From NCBI RefSeq assembly GCF_006345805.1, contig NC_042998.1, forward strand, positions 55,180,001 to 55,244,000: a DNA stretch of 64,000 nt, in the 5' to 3' direction. Shown here one piece after another: positions 11,650 through 23,919 of this stretch. Under the pieces are notes generated by a model that was given only the letters and a program-made list of their open reading frames with translations, was not told the DNA's origin and made no database searches. Position 1 is the stretch's first letter. Each line of letters opens with the position of its first letter. The translations under genes and the position numbers were made by a program. The DNA is from Octopus sinensis. Lineage: Eukaryota.

Positions 11650-12097
11650 TATAAACAACTTATAAATAAGGGCAAACGAAAAAATTTCTAATGCCAAATG
11701 TGCCGAAAATTGGACATATTGTCCATTACCATATAATTTATCACAATACGCACGCTACTGGAAAATAAGTCGACAGAAATTTCTAAAAAATTCCATTATT
11801 ACCATATCGGACCGATTTCAGGGTTAGTTCGTAAGTGATAAATGTGGTAAAGAAATAAATGAAATAAATATTTATTTCTTTACCACATTTATCACTGACG
11901 AAGGGAGGGTTCTTACGAACTAACCCTGAAATCGGTCCGATATGGTAATAATGGAATCTTTTAGAAATTTCTGTCGGCTTTTTTTCGAGTAGTGTGCGTA
12001 TTGTGATAAATTATATGGTAATGGACAATATGTCCAATTTTCAGCATATTTGGCATTAGAAATTTTTTCGTTTGCCCTTATTTATAAGTTGTTTATA
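11650..12097. mobile_element. Foldback/MITE: near-perfect ~450-bp palindrome
   Basis: tataaacaacttataaataagggcaaacg.. pairs with ..cgtttgcccttatttataagttgtttata along nearly its whole length. One arm has a 15-nt asymmetric insert (gacgaagggagggtt); ends are compatible with a TA TSD. Confidence 0.85.
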
Positions 12098-13057
12098 ATT
12101 TTAACCTTTAAAGGTATTTTTTAATATGCTGGCCATTGATAAAATTTTATCCTACATTAAATATATATATATATAATTTCGAAGGAATAAGGGGTGCATT
12201 ATGTCGCCTTCTCATCGGGAAAAACAAGGAACTTATGTCAGCATCAAGATGCACAAAAACTTTTAGATGACTGCCCACACGGAGCCCATAGCGATAATAA
12301 AGGAATTTTGTTAATTCGTCGTTCAACTCCATTCTTTCATTTATTTGTATTTAAAAAACACACAAATTTCCACACGAAAGCACGTGATCTCTGCCCTAGG
12401 CATGTAGCTTCAACCATGTTTTTCTGACGTGAATTTGCTACCCAGGTATCGGTTAACCGAATTATCCATAATAAGATAATTCATTCAACTACTTATATAT
12501 ATATATAGGTAATGAAAAATTATGTAGCTGAACTCTTTCATGAAACAACAGCGTAGGGCTCAATTTAGTATTTATATATATATATACACATATATATTGC
12601 ATTTAACTCAGAAGCTGAATGTTCGCTGAGGAAATAATGCGCATAAGTCTCCTTAAAGTAGAGAACTGATTAGAGCGACTTTGCAGTTTGTATTGTATGA
12701 CGTTTTACTAATGTCGCAAATGTCATTTTTCTGACTCGTTTTCCATGCATACATACTCTTCTTAAACTAATAAGTGGTACCCGAAATTAGATTCAAACGG
12801 CTCAGCATGAAATTGGTTAACAGATTTCCAACAAGCTTTTTAACCAGACGCATAACGAAAAGATGTGCGTTAATTACACGCACACGTACACACATGCTTA
12901 CGTGTATATTGTAGATACGTAAGCATAAACTATATAAATCTTATATATATATATACTCATACATATACACGTACATACATACATATATGTATATATGTAT
13001 GTTTATGCGTGTGCATATATATGCACACACATATATTTACCAATATATATATATTTA

Positions 13058-13098
<41 letters not shown>

Positions 13099-13523
13099 TC
13101 GTCATCCTCATCATTATCGCTATCATCATCATCATCTTCTTCTTCTTCTTCTTCTTCTTCTCCCTCTTCTACTTCCTAACTTTATCACTAATGCTTTTTA
13201 GTATAACACCTACGCAAATTCTATAAACAAACCTTTCAATAGAAATATTCTCATGAATTGAACTGAAACTGCTAGCCGCCACTGACCACTCAAAATACGA
13301 CAATCAAGGCACTCCCAAATTCTACCCCCACCCCTTTCTCCTTATCCTTCTTCTTCTTCTTCCCTACGAAGAATTCACAACCACCTGGAACCAACAAGTG
13401 TAAACAAGAGAGACAGAGAAAGGCAGAAACAAGGAAAATGCCACTTATACTTGAACACTATACAAATATTCTTTTAAAAAGACTTTACTTTTAATTTTTC
13501 TAAATTTAATTATATAATCGTTA

Positions 13524-13561
13524 CAGTTGAAAAGGTCTCAAAATGACTGAAACCGGTACTG
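13524..13561 (+). ncRNA. Degenerate minimal hammerhead-like motif (PLE type)
   Basis: cag-TTGAAAA-ggtc[tcaaaat]gact-GAAACCGGTA-ctg: stems I, II and palindromic stem III are intact, core has two transitions versus CUGAAGA; likely inactive. Confidence 0.5.
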
Positions 13562-14494
13562 AAATGTTCTTTATAAAATTATTTTAGCATTTACATTTTG
13601 TTTGTGAGTATGCGTGTGCTTGCGTTTATGCATTATTCTTTAAAAGAGTAGTTACATATGATGTGCGTAGATATATGAATACTTTCTGAACATATCTAAT
13701 TGAATGTAGTCACAAATTGCTTTCTCGGAGACTTTATTCTTCATTATTTATTTATTTTACAAATCTAGACATATTTACTTTTACTTTTAAAAGTATGAAT
13801 GTCTTTAGTTATTTTGTTTTTCTATCTTCTTTTTACTTAGTATTTTACTACACTTCTATTTCTTTATTTTATTTACTTTGGGTCGTAGTTTGTTTTGAGA
13901 AAGGAGAAAAGTTTCTGAAATAACATGATTAAAAGTCATTGAAAAATCAGTTAAATTCTTTAGACTTTTTCCATCACTTTTCATACGAAATTAGTGACGT
14001 AAATATTCGCACTTAAAGCTTCTCTAAAACAAAGTAGAAAAAAGAAATAGAAACTTTTATATAATCTATTAAGGAAATTATTTGACGACATATCCTTAGT
14101 GAAAAAAGAAGTTTATGGAGTAACTAACTCAGCAGAAAATAGAAATGCAAATATCGAATTGAAAGAATTAAAAGCTAGACTTCTTTTTGTTTAATTTACA
14201 GTTTTATCGAAATAATTCGTAAATACCAATGTAAGATTTAAGCTAATTTACTGAGAGTGCAAAGTCGTGTTTATTTCTTTCCAACTCGTATTCGTATGCA
14301 ATGTATTAGAGCTATTACCAACATTAAGTCTGACTATATTTGGCTGCATAAGTAATGTAAAGAGTACAATGAATAAGTGTTCATTGACCAACGTAAAAGG
14401 ACTCGAATATTATTCACGTTGATTTCACGATATGCTTTTCAAATTTAGATCTTCAGAGATTGAGAGAAAAAGGATCGCATCTCAACTAATTTCA

Positions 14495-14714
14495 AATTTT
14501 GACAGAAGGCCAGCAATTTCGGTGGAGTGGGTAAGTCAGTTAAATCTACCCCAGTGCTCAACTGGTATTTATTTTATCGATCCCGAAAGGATGGAAGGCA
14601 AAATGGACTTCGGCGGAATTTGAACTCAGGACGTAAAGACGGACGAAATGCCGCTAAACATTGTGCCCGCTTCGATAACGATTCTGCCAGCTGACTGCCT
14701 TAATAATAATAATA

Positions 14715-14766
<52 letters not shown>

Positions 14767-15310
14767 CTTTTCTACTATAGGCACAAGGCCTGAAATTTTG
14801 GGAGAGGGGACTAATCGATTACATTGATCCCAATGTTTCAGTGGTACTTAATTTATCGACCATTAATTTATCGAAAGGATGAAAGGCAAAGTCGACCTCG
14901 GCAGAATTTGAACTCAGAACGTAAAGACGGGCGAAATGCCGCTAAGCATTTTGCCCGGCATGCTAACGATTTTGCCAGCTCGCCGCCTTTATATTTGTAT
15001 AAATATTATTTTTGACTAGCAACCTAGATATTTCTTTTCTTCTTGGATAGGAATTGAGTGATTCACTTTACTATACAATAATATTTGTCGCCAGGCAGAT
15101 GACTTAGTAAAACTGTTCATATTTTAAAACAATATTGGTTTCTTTCGTGGGAGGGGCTAAGTCGATTACATCGATCCCAGTGCTCAACTGCTACTTAGAT
15201 CATTCTCGAAAAGATGAAAGGCAAAGTCGACCCTAGCGGCATTTGAGTTTAGAACGTAAAGACGGACGAAATGCCGCTAAGCATTTTGCTCTTGCATGCT
15301 AAAACTCCAC
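14495..15310 (-). mobile_element. Cluster of three SINE family A copies (14495-14700, 14762-14990, 15128-15310) with (AAT)n spacer
   Basis: Three reverse-complement family A bodies. Confidence 0.85.
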
Positions 15311-16945
15311 CAGATGGATAGGAACGATGACGAAGGGATGAGCAGGATGGTTATTCTTAGAAATGGACTAAAATGAAGCTGTTGCTTCTGGAATGACACG
15401 TTAAGATGATTAACCTCTCCATTAATTTAGTGGTGTGATACTCTCTGGACCCCATATCCCTCTTACCCAATGAAATATCTGACGAGATCCAAATACCTAC
15501 CGCATTGGTTGCAATAAAAGAACAGGTTTGGTCAGAAAGTTCATTTGCTGTAACACTGATTTCATGGGAGCCTTAGAATACCAAAGCTGATGATGAGAAA
15601 GTATGTAATGAGGTTACAAAATCCAGACATTTCTGGAAGGTGATTAAGTCTACTTGTACTTTACTAGATTTGGTTTGTTCCTCACGATTTATTTGACTGA
15701 TTCAACCGCTGTAGATCAATAATGAGCACTTGGTATCTGGTTTGTGGTAAAACATTTAAATACCACTACTATCTTGATAATAATATGGTTGGTTGTATTT
15801 TATAGAAAGTTAGCGTAGAGCATAAGTGACGATATACTAGAGGTTCCTTCGGGGATTGACGAGGATAGTGTGAGCATATTTTTCTTGAATATTTTTCAGA
15901 ATAATTGGCAAAGTACACTTGGCTTATGCTAACGTTGAGGATCACTCTTAGTTTAGGATAAGCTGTATAGGTATGGTAATGAAACCATCTAGAAGTATCT
16001 GTGAAGAAGATGACAAACCAGCTTCCATGTACACGTTTAAGACCAGTGTTTCTTCCCTTCAATGATTTTGTTGTTGTTTACTTGTGAAATGAAAACCAAT
16101 GGATGTTATCATGTGTAGATGGATCCTGTTTTCAGCAGAATCAATTTCGAAGGCCACTCTATTACGTTTATTTTTCTTTTTGTGAGGATAGAACACGGAG
16201 GTACATGGCAGTTTTCCTGATCGTGTATTTAATCATGATCAATATCGATATTTTTCGTATCTATTTTTGCTTTAGTAACTAATGAACATTTCAATAATCA
16301 TCTCTAAACATATATATGTGCGAGCGTATATATTGATCTGAGAATCGATGCGTAAGTATGCCCAGTGAAGAAAAAGTATAGACAGACAAGATGGTAGTTA
16401 TACACCCATCCATCCATCCATCCATTAATGATGGTGGGTCGAAGAGATGCAGTAATATTGTAGACAGGACCGAAAGCACGGAGGTAATGCTTTTTCTTTC
16501 CCATCAGCTTTTGTCAAAGTAATGTCTCCAAACTTAACCGAGGGTGAGTGTGGAGGCCATATCCCTACTCTCGAGTAGATATTTATGTAAGTTATATCCG
16601 GAAAGCAGTTCAGTGTGAATAAAACGGCATCTCTACAATCGTTCCAGTAAGTAAAATTTGATAAAATTGATAAAATTCGGAAAGGTACTTTCGTTACGTT
16701 CGTTTAAGTTTTCATTTTAAAATCCACCATTATGAACTTTATCTTTCCTCCCTGAAAAACAATAAATTAAATGCCAGTAGCATTTGATAGACTCAACCTC
16801 ACACTTCTTAATTTGGTGGCCTTATGACACTGTGAGAATCACTATTATGAATTTCGAATGTTATATCTGAATTAAGACACAACTTAAATAGGAATTAGTT
16901 TTCCTCGTGGTTTTCAGGAGTATTTGCTCGATAAATTTTTATCTT

Positions 16946-17155
16946 TGTATTGGATATATAATATAATGGAGCAGGGAAAAAGTGTTTACACGACGCACTA
17001 CTATTACTATTACATGAGACTCAACGCTCTCTGCCACGGCTCACAGTGAACTGCTTACCAACCCAAAGTGCCAATCGCTCACAGTTCTTTGTTTTATAAC
17101 AATGAGTCAGTTTACATTTAGCCACTTGGTGGGTGGTCGGAATCCTTCCACAACA
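16946..17155 (-). mobile_element. Putative 3' LTR of the Gypsy element
   Basis: On the minus strand a polypurine tract (aaaaagggggaga, 17168-17156) is followed immediately by TGTTG; a candidate ..ATACA end lies at 16946. No second LTR is available to confirm the boundary. Confidence 0.55.
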
Positions 17156-17289
17156 TCTCCCCCTTTTTAGAATCAGTCTCCCCTATCTTCTCCCTTTTTG
17201 AGAATTGAACTCCGCCTAGAGTTTTAATATCTCTTACACTTAAGGTTCAATTCCAGTGTTTCCATTCTTTTCCGTTTTCTGCTGCTAGA

Positions 17290-20151
17290 AGTGTAGTTTC
17301 GAATTGTTTAAGTGTTGGTACTTCAAACGTGTCGTACAATACTTTCAAGGAGAATTAATTTCTCGTGACTGTCTTTTCCGTCAATCTTTTTTAAAGTTTG
17401 TTAATATGTCTTTTATTATATTCGACACTTTTTCTTTTACCAAGTATATCATTCTTCCAATTTGTTTAATAATTACACCGCCCTCCCAGCTTTCTTTACC
17501 GTATCTTTAGGTTTAAAAAAAAACTTTGTTACCTAACTTGAAGAATTTTGAAGTCTTTTTGTTGTTCGCGTTTTTTTTTTCACTAGATATCAGTTTATCA
17601 AAGACGGATCTGACATTTCTAGCAAACATCAATTCTGCAGATGACATTCCCGACGGTGTATTCGGATTGGGTGTTACTCGATACACTCTTAGAAATTACT
17701 GAAGGGCAAAATTGCCCATCACTTTATTGTTCGCCCTTTTCAATGCCCTCTTGAAAGTGTCAACAAAACGCTCCGCTTGTGCATTTGACTTAGGATGATT
17801 GGGCGGGGTAGTGACATATTCGATGACGAACATTTTACGAAATTTTATGAACTCGTCTGACGTAAATTGAGTACTCTGTTATCAGACACAATGGGATCCG
17901 TAAAAACCATACCTGGTAAACAATTCATGTAAAACATTTAGTGTAACCGCAGATGCTGGCTTTTTACATTCATGCATTTCCGGTCACTTTGAAAAACTAT
18001 CCACCACAACAAGGTAATATGAACCCTTAAGTGGACCTGCGTAATCTGGCCCATAGAACTTGTTTTTGGCTACGGTTGTCATTTAGTGGTAGGTGCTTTT
18101 GCAGCTAAGGCATGTTTTCTTCTGCATGTTTTCACCGATTCTTCAATGTCACGGTCCATTGTGGGCGAGTATAAATAACTTCTCATTAACGATTTCATTC
18201 TCGAAATACCTGGGTAACTAATATGAAATTCCTTTAATAATCGCTTTTGTCATTACGACTCTTTGTGCATGCTTCAACACATTGTCAGACAGTGAGAAAT
18301 GGATCGCTGTTGTTTTGCGCAAATTTTTATCGCTTTTAGCCTCTAGTATTTCTTTCAGTTTTATAATAAATTTATAGCTTTCCGATTTTAATTTTGTGCC
18401 TTGTAAAGTAACTGGCAGTTCACGAATGACGTTACACAAAATATTTTAAATTTCATTTTCTACTCGCAAAGCAGCAATCACGGTATCTTCAAATGGTTCT
18501 GCATTTTTCGAAATCGTCTTGATAGACAGTCATCATGACCTAATCTCTTGGATGGTATATGCTTCATCTTGAAATCATATTTTAATAATATCGTACCCCA
18601 GCGTTGCAACCTATTAGCAGTATGGGTAGGAATTTCTTTCTTTGACCCAAATATTGATAATAATAGATGATGATCAATCTATAGACGAAAACTTCTACCG
18701 TGTAAAAATCTGTGAAAATTCTCACGACAAAAATAATCACTAGAGCCTCTTTTTCGATTTGACTATAATCTTTCTCTGCTGATATCAGAGAACGTGAGGC
18801 ATGAACCACGGTCTTCGTCTTTATGCTTATGTAGCATTACTGCTCCTATACCGTACTCAGAAGCGTCTGAATCTACAACTGTCTCCGCTGCAGGATCGAA
18901 GTGTGCTAACGACAAATCAGATGTTAATATTTCTTTTATTTCGTCAAAGGCCTTTTGATAATTTTCCGGCCAATAACATTATATATCTTTTTTCAGTAGA
19001 TTACTCAGTGGAACCTTCACTTTATGCATATTTGGAATATAATTTTGGTAATAATTTGCCAGTCCTAAAATGCTTGTCAGGTCGTTATATTTGTCGGAGG
19101 GGGCACATCTTTAATTGCGTCTGCCGTCGACGTCCATTCCTGTCAATTATTTGTCCTAAATATCTTATTTTCGGTAAGAAAAAAATCACTTTTATTAACT
19201 CAAACTAAGCCATAATCCTTGATTTTTTTTCGAACTCATATTTTACGTGCTCTGCGAGTTGCTCCCTGGCTTCGCTTTTAATGAGTATACCATCGAGATA
19301 TAGAATTGCGAATTTACAGTCCGCTACCATTGCATCCATAATCTGTTGAAAAATCGCCAGTGCAACTTTTAAGTCAAATGGTAACCTACTGTATTTATGC
19401 AGTCCTTTATGTGTGTTAATTATTAGGCATTTAGAGCATTCATCGTTTGCTCTAATTTGTAAATAAGCATCCGAGAGATCTTGTCCCCGTTTAATTCACA
19501 AAAATATCTTCTGGAGTAGGTAGCGGATGGTGGCATGTTTTAAGAATTCGTTTAAACCCGTGGAAAAATTAGCACACATTCTGATTTCAGTATTCTTTTC
19601 CTTAACGAACATAGTTGATGATGCTCGTTGACTATATTCTAATTTTTTCTAGTCTCTGTAACTCTAAGTTTATCTGTTCTAATGCTGCGAACGGTGCAGT
19701 TCGTTTTTTGGTTAAATACTGGTGTGGCGTTTTCTTTTATTTGAAACCGCACCTTCATTTAGGTACACAGACTTAATTTATCAGGAAAAATATCAAAAAA
19801 TTTCTTTTCAATTCGAATGACGATTGGAGGAAAAAACCATTGACAAAGATTTATGGGGAGGTTTCATAACTTAAATAATCCCATCTTGTCAGTACCGAAT
19901 AAATTTGCGGTATTATTTAACACAAAAACTTTAGCTTTTAAGGCTTTTTTAACGAAATGTAATGTTACTTATCATTTCACCGTTAAGATATAATGTTTTT
20001 CCTTAAACACAACGAGTAATTTTCGGAGCTTCATTCAATCTAGGTCTCACGATTTTTTTTCTCCATGTATCTGTGTTTATTATTGAGATATCACTGCCTG
20101 TATCCAATTGTAACTTTACGTTTGTGTTACTCATTTTTACATCCACAAATT
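17290..20151 (-). pseudogene. pol: Ty3/Gypsy pol relic (protease-RT-RNase H-integrase)
   Basis: Protease KLQLDTGSDISII (~20070-20110); RT HPLPTPEDIF..DLSDAYLQI..RLPF..IFQQIMD..YLDG (~19270-19560); RNase H YSQIEKEAL (~18740-18780); integrase HISYPGISRMKSLMRSY, DYAGP..YYLVVVDSFSK, SNAQAERFVDTFKRAL (~17730-18235). Many stops and frameshifts; domain order is Gypsy-type. Confidence 0.92.
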
Positions 20152-20168
20152 TCCTTTGAGACTCGTTC

Positions 20169-21153
20169 TATTTCTTTATTACCCACTAGGGGCCACGAAG
20201 AGGGGACATTACAAAACATGAGGGACATAAAACAATGCGGTTAAATTATGATTAAATGAATGTTAAAAATGAAAAAATGATAACATGAAAGCAATGCTAA
20301 CGGCCCCCTCCGCCAGCATCACTTACCTTTCCGTTTCCTATCACGATTCCAAAGTCTTTCACCTCACCTTTCATTTCTCTCTCAAACCTCTCTATCATAT
20401 CATTTCTCATATATTCTGACAAACAATTTATACGTAGTTCATTGCACTTGCTCATCAAAGAGCCCATGAGTTCGAAATCGAATACCGCATAACTTCCGTC
20501 CTCATACTCCTGCCATACATTGTCTTCAAAAAGCCTTCTTGCATTCTCTGTATCTCCCTTCCTCACAACACACAAAAAGTAGGACTGGGGCTTTTGTATG
20601 TTTTGTATGTCTGATTTCGTTTTTTCTTGTAGGCGGGGAGTGGGTGGGATTGCTGTTTGCGGGGGCAGGATGGGTCTCCAAAGGTGTGGGTGGTGTTTGG
20701 GTGGGTTGGGGCTTCACACAGATTTTCCTTTTCTTTCCTTTTCTCTTCTTTCTGACCTCTTCATACTCTTTTTGCGTCTCTTCTCATCTGTCGTTTCCCT
20801 TTCCATCTGCTTCTCTTTGATTTCTTCTTCTTTTGGGGCTTCCTCTTTTGGAGTTTCCTCAACAATTTCCTTTTCTCCCGGTGGGGGAGGGCAGAAGGCT
20901 CTTATGTGGCCCTCAGGCCACACTTGTAACAACGTGGAGCTCTGCCCTCCACCCACACTCTCATAATCACGTCTCCCAATTTAATGCTCTCCGCCAGGTC
21001 CGCCAGCACCTCACTCTCCGCCTGCACGTTCAGCTCCACTGTTACTCCTCTCCAGCCCTCGGTCCTGACCGAGGCATGGAGAATATCAACTTTCTCCTCG
21101 TGGCCGCTGATCACAGCCGCCACAATCCATTCAGCCTCCACGTTTGGTGGCAC
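20169..21153 (-). mobile_element. 5'-truncated gag/ORF1-only non-LTR retroposon inserted in the Gypsy element, 17-bp TSD
   Basis: TSD tcctttgagactcgttc at 20152-20168 and 21154-21170. One reading frame across two 1-nt frameshifts gives ..RAPRCYKCGLRGHIRAFC.. (CX2CX4HX4C), an E/K-rich and P-rich linker and a C-terminal domain ending ..DAGGGGR* at 20297, then a ~125-nt 3' UTR ending gtgggtaataaagaaata. No EN or RT motif is recognisable. Confidence 0.85.
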
Positions 21154-21170
21154 TCCTTTGAGACTCGTTC

Positions 21171-21640
21171 ATATTCTTGTCACCGATAACCCATTTACTT
21201 GATTTTTTCTGTTGAACCGTTCTTTTAGGTTCTATCCCACAATGCAACTTTTTATGGCCATTTTTTTACGACATTTGAGCATTTTATATTTTTAAAGGAA
21301 CAGTTATTTTTAAAATGTAGACCACCGCACTCGTAACATGGATTTGGTCTTGATATTTTTTCTTATCCGTTACCGGTTGACACGGCTGAACATGAGAGCA
21401 ATCTTTCTCTTCAATTTTATGTGTCATGTCGTAGATTTATAATCCTCTGACTTTTTTCTGCTACTGTCTGTACAGTAAAATTTTGATCCTGTTCTAATTT
21501 TGTTAATATCCGGGATCTTATATCTGCATCTTTGTTTGAAGTAAACCCTTGAACAAAAATTAAACACATGTTCAATTTGAGTTTCTCACACTCTCTGTGA
21601 ACCACTCCGGCAAAGGTAACGAAATTTTCATCATTTTTTT
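21171..21640 (-). pseudogene. gag: Gypsy gag C-terminal relic
   Basis: CLIFVQGF..DADIRSRILTKLEQ.. followed by zinc knuckles NPCYECGGLHFKNNC and a degenerate KCSN..NGHKKLHC (~21240-21345); contiguous with the protease once the insert and one TSD copy are removed. Confidence 0.8.
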
Positions 21641-21876
21641 ACTTAATTTAAACACTGCCAGCGAGTATTGAACAGGGAACTTATTTCACTGAAATTTTTC
21701 GATAAAATATTGTTTCGTCGAAATAAAGCTCACAACATATTTTAATTAACCTAAAGTTCCCTTATGCCTAAACGCTTCTTGGCGCTGACGTTGCTGAATA
21801 TAATATATATATGTGTGTGTTTGTGTGTGTGTGTATGTATGTATGCATGTATGTATGTATACATATACATACATAG

Positions 21877-21904
<28 letters not shown>

Positions 21905-21913
<9 letters not shown>

Positions 21914-21996
21914 TTAACCAACAGAAGTTACAGTGACTCACGGACCGAGAGTCTCATTCATAGACACTTATTAAACATGTATATATATGTATGTGG

Positions 21997-22034
<38 letters not shown>

Positions 22035-22117
22035 TTAACCAACAGAAGTTACAGTGACTCACGGACCGAGAGTCTCATTCATAGACACTTATTAAACATG
22101 TATATATATGTATGTGG

Positions 22118-22125
<8 letters not shown>
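21905..22125. repeat. Tandem duplication of ~100 bp of unique sequence between (TA)n tracts
   Basis: attattaaccaacagaagttacag..gtatgtggttaa appears twice, identical by eye. Confidence 0.9.
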
Positions 22126-22154
<29 letters not shown>

Positions 22155-22859
22155 AGAGAGAGAAAGAGGGAGGGACAGGGAGAGAGGGGGAAAGAGGGAG
22201 GGAGAGAGAGAACAGACGGATAGATAGATATGTGCTATGCTATATGTACACATCACTTAAGGCTGCTACGTTTCTTCATTTGTCATGCTCTGATGAAACG
22301 TAAACACTAAACCTGCTGAAACAAAAATGTTCTAAACCTGAATATATACACTTTGAGCTCACGCTTCAATGACTACGCACATTATCCGTTTATCCATACA
22401 TCCATTCAGATTTAGGGAAAGGACAGGGGCACATCTGGTAATCGTTATATGTTCTAGCGATATGTCAGTGTGTCCTGTTGGTTTCTTGTTTATATAAGCC
22501 ACTTCAAAGGTCAACTCATCTCTGGGTTAATCCGCTTCGGATGTAAATATATAGTGTCACAACGGCCAGTCAGACTCGCTTTAGGTCCAACATCCGCTGG
22601 AATTACTCAGCTTGAAAAATGTCTTATTATCGACAAGACGACTTCCAGACTGAAAAATGTTATTGTAAAGCTAATTTTGAAATTCGCTGCCAAATAATTT
22701 TGTTATTCTAGAATATCTGAATTGACATCTGTTAAGTCATAACGAAACTTTAGTCGTAGCTTTGACCGTCTGTTTGACCATATGTAGCTAAACAGAGTTT
22801 CCTTTGTCAAGTTGGATACCCTTTATTTGTTTTAAGGGTTGGTTCAATCCCCCACCGCC

Positions 22860-23290
22860 CATCACTCTCTTCCTCCTCTCTCCTTCTCTCTCCTGCCCAT
22901 CTCTCTCTCCAACCCATCTCTCTCTCCTACCAATCTCTCTCTCCTGCCCATCTCTCTCCTCTCTGTCTCCCCCACTTTCCCTCTCTCTCTTCCTTTCCCC
23001 CTTCTCTCTCTCTCTCTCTGCCCCACTCTCTCCCTCTCTTTCTGAAGCCTAAAAAGCGTGTTGTGGTGGTTGTTTTTGTTGTTACTGCTGTAGTAGTAGT
23101 AGTAGCAGCAGCAGCAGCGGCGGCGGTGGTAGTAGTAGAGGTGGTGGTAGTGGTGGCAGTGATGGTTGTAGTAGTGGGGTGGACGTGGCGGTGATGGTTG
23201 TGGTGGTGGTGGTTTTTGTGATGTTGGTGGTTAAAGCGTGGTAGTCATGGTCGTTTTGGTACTACTACTACTTGTAGTAGTTGTTGTTGT
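22860..23290. repeat. CT-rich, then GTA/GGT/GCA low-complexity tract
   Basis: Seen directly. Confidence 0.85.
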
Positions 23291-23519
23291 TAATGAGTGT
23301 CAGAGACAGCAGCGTTCCGCACTAGACGGCTTGCTTTACGTTCTGAGTTCAATTTTGACTCACCGATGTCAAGTTTGTCATCTATCATTACGCGGACGGG
23401 GGCTCCTTAAAATAAAGTACCAGACAAATACTCAGATCGAATTGATCGAATTTACTCTCTCTCCCTCCCGAATGCTTATTTTAGAAATCCCTTTTATCAT
23501 TATTATTATTATTATTATT

Positions 23520-23854
23520 GAGTGAGAGAGAAGTGCATGCCATCAAAGTGACACTGGGGTAAAATATACGAAGCCCAGTATACCCATCATGACTACCCGT
23601 CTGATAAGGGTACACTAGGCACATGCATCACAACTATGTGTGTGCGATATGGTGATCTCATATCAAGGTAAACAGCACATGACCTTGCAGGGGGGGGGCC
23701 CAGTTAGAATTTTCTTCAGGTCGAGTAACCCATGCCACTCGAAAGGTCCCTGAATAAGGGTTGTTTAAGGATGTGGAACGAAACACCCATGTTTCCAAAG
23801 GTGAATTATTCAGACCCCAAAAAATCCCTCTCAACGCACGGCTATGATGCTCCC
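23520..23854 (-). mobile_element. Family Y copy, 5'-truncated
   Basis: Reverse complement of ~9050-9385; 3' end abuts (AAT)n and 5' end abuts the (GAA)n tail of the Dong copy. Confidence 0.85.
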
Positions 23855-23919
23855 TTATTCTTCTTCTTCTTCTTCTTCTTCTTCTTCTTCTTCTTCTTCT
23901 CTTCTTCTTCTTCTTCTTC

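Noticed and set aside
15310-16260. Possible Tc1 transposase relic (..NVIEWPSK.. on the minus strand)
   Set aside because: Single partial motif; the rest could not be aligned by eye.
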